A DNA stretch of 64,000 bases, taken from contig OZ316898.1 of the NCBI GenBank assembly GCA_973895155.1, forward strand, positions 2,083,927-2,147,926. Reading direction: 5' to 3'. Within the stretch, counting starts at the first letter, position 1; every line of letters starts with the position of its first letter. The notes beneath the pieces are model-generated. The model was not told the origin of the DNA. It ran no database searches and saw only the letters and a program-made list of their open reading frames with translations. Shown here piece by piece: positions 35,943 through 51,146 of the stretch. This stretch comes from Marsupella aquatica (Eukaryota > Plantae > Marchantiophyta). Both the position numbers and the translations under genes were made by a program.

Positions 35943-38414
35943 TGTGAAATTGCTTCTCTCGAAAATTGGACAACCTTAGTTGACCTGTTTGGAAACGGCT
36001 CCAGTGTGTACCTATAATTCTCTCTTGAGTGTCTGCAGCACTAGCGATCCTTGCTTTTGGACTAGTACACTCCTGCATTCCTCCAGCTTTGCCTCCAGCA
36101 TTTGTCTACACCTTGCTTTATAGAAGTGTGATCCGTTTCACTTACGCTCTCCATGATTCTGGAATTGGAAGAAGCGATTTTGTGACACCGACCCAATTAA
36201 AAGTTAATTTCCACGAGGTGTCTGAGAATGGATACATCACTGGAATGGAAGCTCATTTTTGGTGGACTGTTTAAATAAGCAGCTGAGTAAATGCGTCGTC
36301 TTTCAATATCTGGCTTGGTAACTACGGTGTGGAGCCACTAATAATGACTCAAAATAACGTTTGTCATCCAAGTTTTGTTTGGGAGAAGCAATATATTAGG
36401 AACTAAAGGCCCCATGTACCTACACTGCGGACAAAATGTCACAACCCAGATGGACTGCAAAAAAACCTTTCTTGTACTCTGAAAGCACCTTCCTTTGAAA
36501 AACAATTCATATTTGTCTGGTCAACAGGGATCTGGTCCATCGAAGAATTATTTTTAATATATTACACCAAATTTCCTGATATTGGGAGCCCACACAGAAC
36601 TCCATGTTTGCCAACATTGTAGGATATACTTTTGGGACCCTGACCCTCTGTTCTTTGCCAAAATTGTAGGATAGACTTTTGGAACTTGGAACCTCTGTTC
36701 TGCACAGACAATACATATTACAGACAATGACTGAAATGTGGAAGAAAACTAATCATCTTTGAGAATTTGAAGCTTTTGAGAATTGAGTGACAAGGTTCCA
36801 ATGAATCTTATATAATCAAAATTTCCAGGAGAATTGAGTGGCAAGAAATTTCACTGAAATATCTTCACATTTCATTGAGAATTGAGTAGCAAGATATTAG
36901 ATTCATTGAAAAGATTTTCCAATCCACTTAAGAGGAACACCAAAAAAAAAGGTTCCATTCTATATCAGGTGAGGTCTTTCCAAAAATTTGGAAACATAAA
37001 GTGTGGACAGTGAGTGAAGTAATCTTTAGACTTTTCAATTCTTCTTGAAAATGAGAGATAGTGAACTGTTTGGAAACGGCTTCAAATGATCACAAGAAGG
37101 CCAAGTATGTTGGATATGAAAGGGAGGTATTGATGGGCAAACTTTATTCCAAAAATTCATGTGGAAACAAGAAGGGTGTCAATGAATGAAATTGTAAAAA
37201 GTATCACTGTACCTGGGGTTACATGGTTAATAGAACTGGTCCATAAAAGCATTATTTTCAAAGTTTCCTTTATTTTTGACTTTATCAAGTAACATAATCA
37301 TCAAACATTGTCATTTCCAGTCCTGCCCATTCAAGGCAAAGTCTATTTACAAATGTAGTTTTCACCCAAAAAAACATTTAATTGGATTGGCCAGAAAGCC
37401 CTTGCCACTCTCCCTCCCCACCTTGTCTTTGTGTTCCTTTAATTGCATATCAAAATGTGACAATATAATGTGTATTAGATCACTCTGATAAACCCAATTA
37501 TTCTGTTTAAATCACTGAGTGTTTTTTTAAATATGCATCTGGCTGTCGGATTTTGATGTGCACTTACCTGGACCCCTTGCCATGCCCTATCCCAGCCTCA
37601 CCATTCGTGACTTGATCTCCCCTCGCCCTAGGTGCTTTGTCTTCTCTAATTGTGCTATGCATTCGGATCCTAAAGTCATAAAAGTGCATAGAAAGTAAGT
37701 TACATGTCCATAGGGGAAACTAGGATCTATAGTAGTCTGCTTTCCCATAGTTCAGGAAGAATCCGTATGTTTTAGTTTAGATAGTGTCCCCCTCATGCGA
37801 ACTAAACCACCTTGACGTTACCTCCATCATCCATCATTTATTTCAAAAGATACCGAATCAAATGTAATAAAGAGTCTCAGTTCATAAAACTTTCCCTATG
37901 GTAAGGTACACAAAGTCAACAAATCCACGGCAATCAAGGATCTCCACAAGGTAAAGAGGAGTTGCTTGAATGCCAAGTAAGGCAGTCAGCCTTTTCTGCG
38001 GATTAAAGTACTCCCCCAAACTGTATTGATGAGTTTATTCCACCAACAGAAAACGCCCTTAAACCCTTAAATAAATCCAGTCAATTCGAAGTACAGTAAA
38101 AGCAAGCCACCATCTTAAGTGTGGGAAACCTTAAATCTGGAAAAAATCGATGAATAGATCAATTGCAAGTACAGGAAGCACGCCCATCAATACGGTACGG
38201 TGTAACCAAACCCCTCCCCACCCAAAAAAGGAGGAAATGAAATGATCGGAGAGCCATTTCTCTCAAGTAGACAACGAAGTCAGCAACAATTCATGCCCCC
38301 ACCCCTATTTACTTTCGAATGGGGCTTTAGTACACTCACCTCAATATACTTTCGAAGGAAACACTCACCTCGTATTACATTCAAAGACAACAACACTGTT
38401 TATTTTCCCGCTCT

Positions 38415-39270
38415 ATTTCCTTTGCAAGAAAACAGCAACTGGTAAATATTCGATTTTATGGGTCCACCAAGTTGATCTCTCCCTTTATTTCCTTTACAAG
38501 AAAACAGAAACTTGTAAATATAATAACATGATATCGTTACTCACATCTTTAGTGAAATTGTACTTAAAGAGTAACACACAATAATAATATACATACGATC
38601 ATTATTGTACTTAAGGTGTAACACACAATAATTCTGAAGCAACAAGTCATCCCTCTGTTTCCTTCCCAAGAAAACAGAAAATGGTAAATATATTAAAAAA
38701 TACTGTCATTGTTCATATCTTTAGTGACATTATTGTACTTAAAGTAACCCACAATGTTTTTGAAGCAGCAAGTCATCCCTATATTCCCCACTCATCTCGT
38801 AGGGCCTGAGGCTCATTATGAGCCTTCCTATACTTTGCTGCCTGTGCATCTGGAATGAACCCCGCTTTTTCTTTTTCTTTTGGAGGGGGGGGGGGGGGGA
38901 GGTGTCCTTTCTTTTGGAATTTGGGAGGGGCGGCGGGGAGGATGTCTTTAGAAAGGGGTGCCACCAAGGTATAATCCTCGGACATACCAGCTCCTACTTA
39001 AAGCTCTGCCACTGCTATGTGGTATGTGTTCTAGATCCTCCTGTGGCAACTATTTAACCTAAATTGGGGTCAGTTATACACAAGCAGAACTTTCCTAAAT
39101 TGCACATGCTAATTCGCATTAAATGACCTCATGAGTACCTTTCCTTCTTAATTGTATTTCCTTTCCAAGAAAACAGAAATTGGCAAACATAACAAACATT
39201 CCATCCTTACTCACATCTTTAGCCACATTGTACTTAAAGAGCCACCCCACAATAATTTTGAAGCACCAAG
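38415..39270. repeat. Degenerate dispersed/tandem repeats (about 4 copies)
   Basis: tttcctt..caagaaaacag..a.tggtaaata occurs at about 38417, 38489, 38658 and 39158; the last three continue with ...catctttag...attgtacttaaag. Confidence 0.7.
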
Positions 39271-39600
39271 TCAGCGCCGTTTAGACTTTAAACCCTTCAA
39301 AAGTAAGGTACACACTAGATAGAACTCCCCCTCTAGTAATCCAGGGGTCTCGGTAAGTGCACATCAAAATATGACATAAAAAATGTATGACACCCCTGTA
39401 TACGATGATAATACTAGTTTTTTTCTTTGAATCACAGAATGCAGTCACATTTTGATGTGTAATTACCAACACGGGTAGTCCAGTCCAGTCCTCCCAGCAA
39501 AGAAAAGAAAAAGAAAAGAAACGAAAGCAACGGTAGCAGAGCAAAATAATGCGAACGACCCCCACACCCCTCCCAAATTCCAAAAGAAAGGACACCTCCC
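38896..39600. repeat. About 34-bp perfect inverted repeat pair
   Basis: gggaggtgtcctttcttttggaatttgggagggg (about 38897-38930) versus cccctcccaaattccaaaagaaaggacacctccc (39567-39600). Confidence 0.85.
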
Positions 39601-41320
39601 GAAAAAAGCGGGAGACACGCATCAGGAGTTATTATTACTAGTGGTTCTCGGACATCGCTGCTCTTCTGGACGACCAGTTTATTATTGCTACACTACACTA
39701 GACATATACTACTTCAGTAATAGGGTTGCGACTGGCGACGAGGGAATCGGTCAATGGAATTCGGTAATTAAGATCTTCGTCGTCCCTCCTCGTTTCTTTC
39801 ATGCTTGCCGTCTCCCTCTCGCTCTCTCGCTCGTGCTGTCGAGTTTTCCGTATTTTACAGCATCTTCTCCACCACCGTAGGCCGACGGACGGCATTCATG
39901 GCGGACGAACGAACCTCTCCCGTCCTGTAGCGGAGTCTTGCTAGTCAAGCCAAGCCAAGCCGAGCGGAGCGAAATCGATTCGAGGGAGTGAGAAACGCAT
40001 TTCATTTCGTTTCACTAGTACTGGGAACAGCTGACGACGGCAGCGCGCGAGGAGTGGATCGAGCGTTTGAAGTAAAGCAACGTGAGACGAAGAAAACGCA
40101 CAGAAGTTTTGAAGTAGAGAACGGGAGTAGCTTTCGATCGATACTGCGGGAGGTGGTGGATCTGCTCAGGTGATACTGTGCGCTGCTGCTGTTGCTTCTG
40201 CTGCTGGAGTGCTGGAGTGCTGGACGGACCGTCGTGGGAGTCGTTGTTATGGTCGCCGGAGCTGGATAAGTAGACAGATGCAGCTTGTAGATTGGTAGGG
40301 TATGCGCCGCTTCATGCTGGACGGATCATTGTGCTAGTCGTTGATGTGGTCGCCGGAGCTTGTAGCTTGATAGGGTATGCGCCGCTGCGTGCTGGACGGA
40401 TCGTCGTTATCTTCATCGTCGTGGTTTTCGTGGCAGCTGGATAGAGATGGATAGGTAGATAGACATGCAAGAATGCTCGTCTGCTCTGCTCCCTACACCG
40501 CGCCTTGGATTCGTTCGGTGGTCTCCTTGGAGAGGAAGCGGAGGCCGTATAAACGGGGCAAAGAAAGACTCTTGAAGGAGGAAGGGAAAGAAGTTTAAGA
40601 AAGACGAGGAAAAGAAAGGAAGGGCAAGGCTTGAGAAAAAGCCGAAGTACCGTCGGTCCGTTCGTAAGACTGAGCTGATGCTGAGTAGCGTTATCGGCAC
40701 GGCGAGGTGTGTTCCCGACGATTTGTTTGTTTCTTCGTGATATTTTCTGTCTATCTCGCTAGCTCGCTCGATGGCGTGCTCTCTCGTGACCTGCGGACTC
40801 CGTGCCGTGTGGTCGGCCGAATTGGCTCGGTTGGCACGGTGTTGGTATCCCTTAGTTTCTAGTGAGTCGTCGCGAGAGTTATGAGCATTATGTGAACGGG
40901 AGAGTGATCGATTGTGCTCCATGCGAGAGGCGTGTCCGTCCTTTGGTCTCCGCGGGGCCTATTGAGCTTCGACTTCTTTCTCTCTCCGGACGCGTGTGGA
41001 ACGGAAGCAGTGCTTTTACTAGACTGGAGCTGACGAACGGTCTTTCACTACTTGACCTAGATTGTGTACTCGGTTTATTTATCTATATCAGTTTGTGTTC
41101 TGTATTTCTGAACCTTTTCTCTCCCTTCTTTTTCTGCCATTGTGAAGGCATCTACTCGTGTTTAAGCCCGGGTACCATTTGTTTCTCTTGTATGGACATT
41201 TCTCAATCATTTGAAAGCCCCTTCTGTGATTTTCTCTATGCTGTCCACCGGAAATGGCCGCATTATATTCTTGTGCTTACTGTGAAGATATTTTGTGACA
41301 GCAGGCGAATTCTGGGGTAA

Positions 41321-42661
<1,341 letters not shown>

Positions 42662-45600
42662 GGAAACGTTAAGATTTCTTAATATTCCTGGCATTCTGAA
42701 TTGCATGGGTTGAATCTGTAGAGATCGTAACCAGTGGCGTTTGTGGCATCCAGTGAAATTAATTACCAAAAAGATACCTTTCCCCTTTCTGGACTTCCTG
42801 TCCCGTGTTCCAAACTGACATTTGATGTCTGTGTTGTAAAGTAGGCGATTGATATCATATGTGGATAGTATTTTTGTCTCTGAAGCTCTGGTCACTCACG
42901 ACCTTCTCATGTAAACTGCGTCATGAACTTGAAATTGGATCTGAGAGATGGACTGATTGTCGTTTTAATTGTGATTTTTATTGGGGATGAATAACTTTGA
43001 GTGGACTTAGAAGTACTAAACATGCAGTGGTTAGTCGATGTTGGGACAAATGTCTAGCATATGAATCAAGTTTAAGCTGCATGTATCAGAGCTTCAATTC
43101 GAATTGCACGGGCTAGTTGTCGTTCCTTGAAATCAGCTGAAGAAATAGATTGGCAAATACAACATTGGAGCCTTTCTGCACGCAGTAACTTTTGATGATG
43201 CAAGTAAATGTTGAAGCCTTCAGATTACCACTAAAAGAGCAATACTACAATTGGAGGTCAAGAAGATCCAGATTGCTAAACAAAAATGGACAAGCTGGTA
43301 GGCATCACTTTTAACCTGTAATTCTTAGACGTGAATGCCCGAAAATAACTCTGTCCGCCCTACCTGAACACTTCTGGTCGCCTGTTCCGTTTTTTCCTGA
43401 AAAGTTTGTTATCGTTATTCTCTTGTTACACCAAATAATATGTGTTTGGTGAATTATTGGACATAACTACTGCCAAATTATTGGACATTACTGGCTGATA
43501 CTATCTGTGAAATGCATCCTTGCCTGAAAGGTTTTGGCTAACTGTCAATTTTATTCTTTCTATCTTTGTGTTTTGTTTAATCAGATCAGCCATACATTGT
43601 CATGTTATACTAAGCGACATAATTTTAAACTTGAAGTACCATTTAGGGACAAGGTCCTATTGTCATTTTGAACCAAGGAACAAGCGCAATTAGTCAGCTC
43701 TCAGTTTGTTTTGCCATCTGTCTCTTACCTTGTGAATCTGACAGTAGAGAAATCATACGACAGTGGCTGTGATGGCGAACCTGAACATGGCGTTACTCCA
43801 TGAAATCAATGTTATGGAACCGTCTTCAGGAGGCTGTGGGGGCCGATGCGCCATTTGGTACATGAAGATGAATTTGTCTCAGCCATGTACCCTGGAGTAT
43901 TGTATCTGCTCGGAGATATAACCCATCGAGTAAGACACTTCTCCAGCTTGTTCTACAACAGGATTCCTGTGGAAGCCGGTCAAAAATGGGGTGCAGGGCC
44001 AACTCCTCATCCAGCCCAGAATGCGCCTAAAGAGTCCGCTGGTCCGTGGCTCTCCTGAGCTTGTGAAGCCTTGTGCGATTCCGAACATCATTTCACGGTT
44101 GTTCTGGGTTAAGAAACATCAACCTGAGGTCCGAGTTTGCAAGCAGATGCAGAACTTTGGTTCTGCTTTCATTGTCAGTCTGGAAGGCTTGAATTTCACT
44201 TGGATAGTCCCGTCTTAAAAATTCCAGTCTACAAGTTCAGAGACAGCAAGCCATTCCTGAAATTAGACACTGGAATTTCTCTCAATATCTGAAGCTGCAG
44301 GGTACTTTGGAGAAACCTGGACGTCTAAGGGATAAAGCGGGGAGACGGAGAGCGACGTGTACGAGAATCCTACTACGAGCTTTCATGTTTGGGATTTGCC
44401 AACGCAGGTAAGTCTCTCAGCCTCATTTATTAACCCAGCACTAACAAGCCTAGAATTAAGTACCATGATAATGTTCTGGAGATGGTTGATTTGTGCTGAA
44501 TTTTGTATCGCTAGAAATTCAGAGTTCAATCCTGACTCTTTTGTGGCACTAATAAAGACATCTATGCTCATGTTGTGCTTGATCTAACCTGAACACGCAA
44601 TCATGGTAGCATGGTAAATATGGTTTGAACTTCACACCTGTATTTTTCGTCATTCGGAAATGTCGTTTAAATATTCTCATTGCCCACGGTGTTATTCTGG
44701 AAAAGTTTTAAGTTAGAAGATAACCCAAAGAGTGAAGCAGTTAAGATTTTTTATGGCAATTCAGACAATGCTCTGTGTTGTGTCTGTAATGAACTTCCGG
44801 GCATGGGTTGATCCACTAGTCCAAGTTCTGATGGACAGCCAATTCTCGAGAAGGAAGGAGCATCCCAAGATATTTCTTTATAACTGGTAGTATACTCATA
44901 TGACACTTCAATTGTGCTGGCTACTACAATTCAGCTACTGTGATGTGTATCATAGGCTTGTCCCTTTTCCTCGTTTGGAGCACATGCCTTGGCATCCAGG
45001 TGAAAGCCTTTGTCTCATATGCAGGACCAAGGCTAATAATCTGAATAAATGGGAGCAATTTGAGATGCAAAAGACAGGGTCGGCAACATTTTAACTTCTC
45101 GTATCATTCCATTGTTATCACTTTCTCAATAGATTCCTTGTTACATTCATAGGGGTAACTGTTTGCATAGAGAGTACCAAGGAGCATAGGGGAAAGTCTT
45201 GGGAGTATCCTAATCTTGCCCTTGAAGGACACATAGAGATGAACTTTGTTACTTCAAGGATACAACAATATCTATGGAATGTACTTCGCTAAAGAAGTGA
45301 TCCCAAATTGCAAAAGCAAAGGTTTTTGGACGAGCCACGTGGGGAACAACAGTGAGGCCCTAGGGCCTCAGAACTGTACTTGAAAGTTTACTTCCATTTC
45401 ATTATCGAAATTTCTCCACAAGCCTATGGACCCGAACTGATATGCAAAGTATTGAATTAAACCTTAGGCCTTTGTGTAGTGCCCCCTTGCCCAAAGACAC
45501 TTCCCTGTCAATCAGTGCCTATGGGTTGGGTGCAAAAAAAGAGGTTCGGTGCAAGACAAAAAAAATTGCTTGGAAGAGTTGCAGAAAACTTTTGCCCAAG

Positions 45601-46379
45601 ATATCAAATGGTATTTAAAGCACCCAAAAACTACTGCCCAACCATGCCCAAGGCATCCAATTTCAAGCATTTGGTGGAACCACTATTCCTTCGAATCATT
45701 TTTGCACCTTTCTAAAATGTGGGAAATAATAGGAAGAACAAATTAAAGTGGGTATTGATTGGGGGTATTGATTGGATACTTCATGCTTATCTAGTTGGGT
45801 CCCTATTAAAAGGATGCCCACATCTACCTTAAATTTGTTGATATGCATTTTCCCAACTAAAATGGAACGTGTCCAAACATTTATATTTTGTGGGAGAGCA
45901 CAATTTACACTGAAAGATATGCAATATAACCGTAGAGAGTGCACGCACATGCAACATTCCGCAGGGAGTGAACATGCACATTATGACCAAGAAAGTACAA
46001 AGGTATTAAAGAGTTTCGCACATACAATACAAATTTTCACTTGCTTCTAGGTGATGACAATCAACTCAATTAAAACCATAAATTTTGTAAAGGAAACCAC
46101 GAGTGGAACTTAGTACACCATCTATGCACATTGTTCAGATTCATTTTCTCTCACTCATAAGAAAAATAATAATGCACTAAGGAGTGATTGAAAAGGAAAA
46201 ATTGAACATTTATGAGGGGAGCCATATACATTCAAAATACTCTAAGTTCACTAAAATTAAAAGGGGTCCAAAAGTTAGTTCAAAATCAAATTAATACAAA
46301 TGATTCACCTTGTTAAGGCACATTAAATTAAAATTCTGAACACAAATTCTGAATAAGACAAAATCTGGAAGGTGGATTC

Positions 46380-47590
46380 ACCATATAACAGTTTCATAGC
46401 AATATACCAGTTCCCTCTGGACAGTCAGAAATCCTTCTCAGCCAGATCTGTCTCTTATCCCTGTCTTCTCTAGCTTGTTGGAAAGGGCATCAAACAAACA
46501 TTCTTTGCACAATTTGATCATAGTTGAAAATGTTTGTATACAGTAAAGTCCTATTAGAGGGCACTAGCTCAAATTTTGAGGGGCTACTATTGCCCATGAT
46601 CCTAAGGAAACAGGATTTAGGGATCCTATGAGTTTTACTCCTAAGCAAGCAGGTGAAAAAGATCCCCCAGGTAGCCAATTGCATAGGCCTTCTCCTTGAG
46701 ACGGACTGCCTTGGCTGCAGCATGGCCAGGCACATGGGCTACAACCGCAACATGACTCCCTCCAGGAAGATCAGCAACAAAGACATCCCCAATCCTAGAA
46801 AAGACCAGATCAGCCTGTTACCAGTCAGGAACACCAGCCCAATGGGGAAGTACATGTTGTTGTTCCATAGCGACATGGTATACAGAGTCCCGAGAAATGG
46901 CTGGTCATCACGAAAATCATGTGTGGTGGTTCGCTCGCTCCCATGGCCACACCTGAGGATGTGAACTTTCAGAGGAACACACTCCATGAGACTGGCCAGT
47001 GCTCATGTTCTGGCAAGGTTCCCTTAAGTGGATCCATGATAGACTTACTTTACTATCCTTAGAGATATGCTTAGTAGACCCCCTTCTGGAAAAAGTTGGT
47101 TGATTAACCCCCTCGATACTTTTCCCCAATCTGGACCATTGATGGACCTTTCGATCTCAGATCTGGACCGTTGATAGATCTCAGGGGGTCGATCAAGTAA
47201 CAAGTTTCAATTTGGGGGTCGATGAAGCAAATACCTCCTTAGGTTGCTATCATTAGGTCTAAACTGCAATGAAGCATCTAATCCCATGGAACATACTAAA
47301 TTCATGGGGGGCCGATTGGGACCTGCAACTTGTCCAAGTGGACTTCCCAAAGACCTGCATGCAAGGTATTGTACAATGCGACCAAACAGGACTTTTGTTA
47401 GCAAGGAGAGTGTTATAGCGAGGCACTAAAGGTTTTTAATTTCTTTTGCTTTTTTCTGCCTTTTATATATATATTGTTTTTGTACGACTCCTATGGCTAG
47501 GGAGTTCGCTGGCCAAAAGAGGAGTCCCCAAAATGTATGTTATCAACCAGGTTCTTTGTTAGCTAGGCAGTTTGATATAGAAAAATTAGG
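46380..47590. mobile_element. Possible degenerate LINE-like fragments
   Basis: Short broken ORFs and a T-rich 3'-UTR-like tract at 47430-47590. No diagnostic RT motif was recognised. Confidence 0.2.
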
Positions 47591-50500
47591 GGTCATGTGA
47601 GGAACAATTTTGCTCAGGGGAGTATATTTTTTACTGTTTCCTCGCATGCTACAATGATCTCCTGCATGCACCCCATAGTGAAAACACATATCTGGAAGGC
47701 CGGACTTCCTTGCCGGACTTCCCCACCCGGATACTCTCTAGGTGCCTGGCCCAGTCCTTCCGTAGATAGATTTTCATAGTCCCTAGGTATATTGGTAACC
47801 TTTGCCAGGATTTCTGCATGACATATATGTAGTCCCTAGGTATATTCGTAACCTGTGCCAGGATTTCTGCATGACAGCATTTTCATTGATTTCTGTATGA
47901 CATATATGACACTGCCAAGACAGGAACGCCAAACCAGGAGAAGGCCAAAAACCCCATTAAAGGGGGAAGGAAAAGACCAAAGAGGCACAACAACAAGTCA
48001 AGAGTAACCCACAAAAACCAAAAGACTGAAAAAAAAACCCTACCCGGAGGTAAACTGAAATGTCTGGTATGAGAGCATTTTCATTGATTTCTGTATGACA
48101 GTATTTTCAATGAATTCATTGTCATTGAAGGATGCTGGAGCTGTCTTTCAGGTTTCTCCCTCGCAAGCAGAGCAGAGACCATCGATCTCTACTGTACAGG
48201 GCTCATATTTCTCTTGGAAGGCCGTCGAAATTGAGCCGGGCCATGAGGACGTGCCCAACGTCAAAAACGTCACCTACACAGAATCGTCTGGCAGCCTTGT
48301 TCTAGAAAATATGGGAATCAATCCAGGACGGGAACGTCTCGATTGTTGGCAAAGAGGTGCAGTCCGTAATTATTTCTCGCTAGATTGAATGACGCGAAGC
48401 AGGTATCCGTCGCAAAGATGTACAGTAATCTTTGGTATCCGGGAGTCATTTCCAATCCTTCGTGGGAACTCATGCAATCTTTGGTATCCGGGAGTCAATT
48501 CCAATCCTTTGCAGTGCGCGTAGTCAGATAGCACCTACGGTATTGACATGTGCAGCGAAACCTTGTTCTCTCAAATTTTGAGTTTTCAGATTGGAATTGC
48601 ATGATCAGAAAGCTTGCGTTCAGTCGATGTGATACTGTTTCATGAGCACGGAAATTGGAGAGTTCAGGAAATGAAAGCATCCTGAATCCACAGTATCAAC
48701 CCATACTTTCGACCTACGTGTATCTCATCATTCCTGCAAAGTCCTATTGGCATTTCCTGCTTTTCATGAAGTGGCCTAAATTTTCTTCCATCTTGGATTT
48801 CGTGTTCGGCCTCCAGCATAGCCAGATGGGTTCAATTCCCACTGGAGGATTCGTTGCAATGGTTGCAAAGTTACCATGAAGCCCATCCCCTCGTGGGGGT
48901 TATGGGCTGTAATCTGCGAGTGCGGTTCGCCTGAGCGGGTTAGATGCCATGGCCCCCAAGAGGAAATGGATTACCGAGCATAAACCCAAGAAGTGAATGT
49001 TAGAAAGACTATGCTTGGGAGGAATCGCAGCCTGATCCTTGCAAAGTAACGGAGAGACTTAAATCATGGAATCCCAAGCCAGGTCAACCTTGTACTGTAC
49101 TTGCCGTTATGTCTCACAGAGAAAGCTTTTGCAATTCTATGGGGAATGGGGTTTTATCTTACTGACCCGGACTGTGACCTGAGTACATCCGGCCCGGCGA
49201 AAAACCTCGTTGTGATTTGGGAATCCAAATAATGACGCTTGGAATGTAATACAAGAAACTGTATACAAATGAATGTAGATAAGGGATTGCCTAATCACAA
49301 AGGCCTCCTAACTTTAGCAAAATGAAGACTTCGACAAACAACAACGAGAAAACATAGAATCTTCGCCAGAATGTTTGGTCGTTCTTCATTTGTGATCTCC
49401 ATGGTCGGTTGTGCACTACCTGAGAGATGTAAATTATGAGAGGCATGTGTAACGGGCGCATTCAGGTCAGAGCAGTGTGAAAACTGGGGGTCCGAGTATT
49501 TTATAATTCCCGCGAGGTTTTCACAGAACTCGCGGGTTGAGATGCTTTCTTCATGGGTTAATTGAGCTTGGTATTTTCAATCCTGCACTCCTTTACTCCG
49601 GACCATCTCAACCAACCAAACTTACCATTCGTGCGTCGTATGGTGACTAGTAAGCCAGTGAACTGTTCCCCACGCAGAAAAAGAGTACTGCCCAAAGGAG
49701 GGAAAATACACATTGAAAAAGACGAGGGACCCCTGAAGGAAATTAAGTGTCTCTCGGTTATCCCAAAAAAACCTCACTGCGAAGGTACTGGTCTTTGCAC
49801 CACAGTACTACTAATCGAGTTCATAGTTAGCGACGTGCTCGTCGCTCAATACATTCGTGAACAAATAGATGAAGTCCCTAAATGCGCCTTAATTTGAATG
49901 CCCGGCAAAGATTGCCTCACATCAACATTTGCATCAGCTAGTTCCGCGTCAGCCAGTCCATTGCAGTCCAGGCAACCGCTTCACAGTACATTTCATAGAA
50001 GTGCGTAGAGTGGTCCCACCAAAAGAGCACACTCAAAATGTGGCACTAAAGTCACGAAAGGAGCACTGCGGTCTTATTCTTCGTTTAAGTTTCGCTACAG
50101 TGTGTAGCATGATTTCCCGAATCTGCTGACCACTTGAGGAAGCAACCTGGCGTTTCTTAGGATTACTTTGTCGATTTTTATATGCTGCCGGTTCATCTGT
50201 AGTGACAACCATTAGACAAGGTACGGTGACCTTGGCCTCACGCTATCGTTCGCTCTGGGTTCGCCACCTCAATTTCAGAGGATTGCAGTGTGGACGACTG
50301 ACCACATATATCGAGAGAGCGTGGAGGGCCTCGCCATGATCAAGGTTACTTTGCTACAGGACTGCTGATTGTTCACGCGAACTAGAAGAAGGTGCTGGTC
50401 AGGTAAGTCTTTCGCTTGTTGTTCTCACCCGCACTTGGTTTTGGCTGTTTCAATGGAGATCGGATGTCGACTGTTAGACAGCCAATAAATGAAGTTAGTG

Positions 50501-51146
50501 TTTAACAAAGATCTTCCGTGCTCTATAGTCCTTCCGGGAGAGTTACATTGCCCGAGTATATCTTCTCATAGCTGCGGCTCTCACATCCCCAAAAGATTTG
50601 AACGATACCGCTATTGGCCGTAAATTGAAACCCCCACTGAGCTGTGAGCACAAAAGCCAAATTACTCTACAACTGATTTCTGATGAGTATTTCTGAATCA
50701 ATGGTTCCCTGTTCTCAAAACTTCGCGTCCCAAGCCTCTAAATCTATTCAGCTCGGAAGGACCGGACGAACTGAGGCAGACTATGCTCATGAACAGATGT
50801 CTGGGTCTATTTACCCTCTTCGTTTCCTTTCTTCAATGCACTGCACGGGTATTTTACCTCAGTAGGGATGGTAGTCTTTCAGTCTCGTCCACCAGTTCTG
50901 GTTTAGAGGAATGTCTCGTGACACTTGACCGCATGGCGCATGCCCTGTCGTGATGTCGCAAGCAGACACAATTGCCTTGTTTTCATTTCACTAACGCGAT
51001 GTAAGAGATCACTAACCCTATGTCCCAAACTGTCTCGAATGTGCACGTGCAGAAGATCTATATTGCACCCCTGTTGCCACTAGTCCTCCCCGAGTCATAA
51101 TCATTGTTGCCCCCTGCTTTAAGATTCCTCGTTTTAAGCTGGCAAA

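Noticed and set aside
40413-41320. ORFs 40413-40922 (-) and 40862-41320 (+)
   Set aside because: No ATG-supported domain; composition fits 5' UTR or intron of WDR5.
43846-44410. Possible F-box/LRR pseudogene remnant
   Set aside because: Only a vague resemblance across frames and no diagnostic motif; would need BLASTX.
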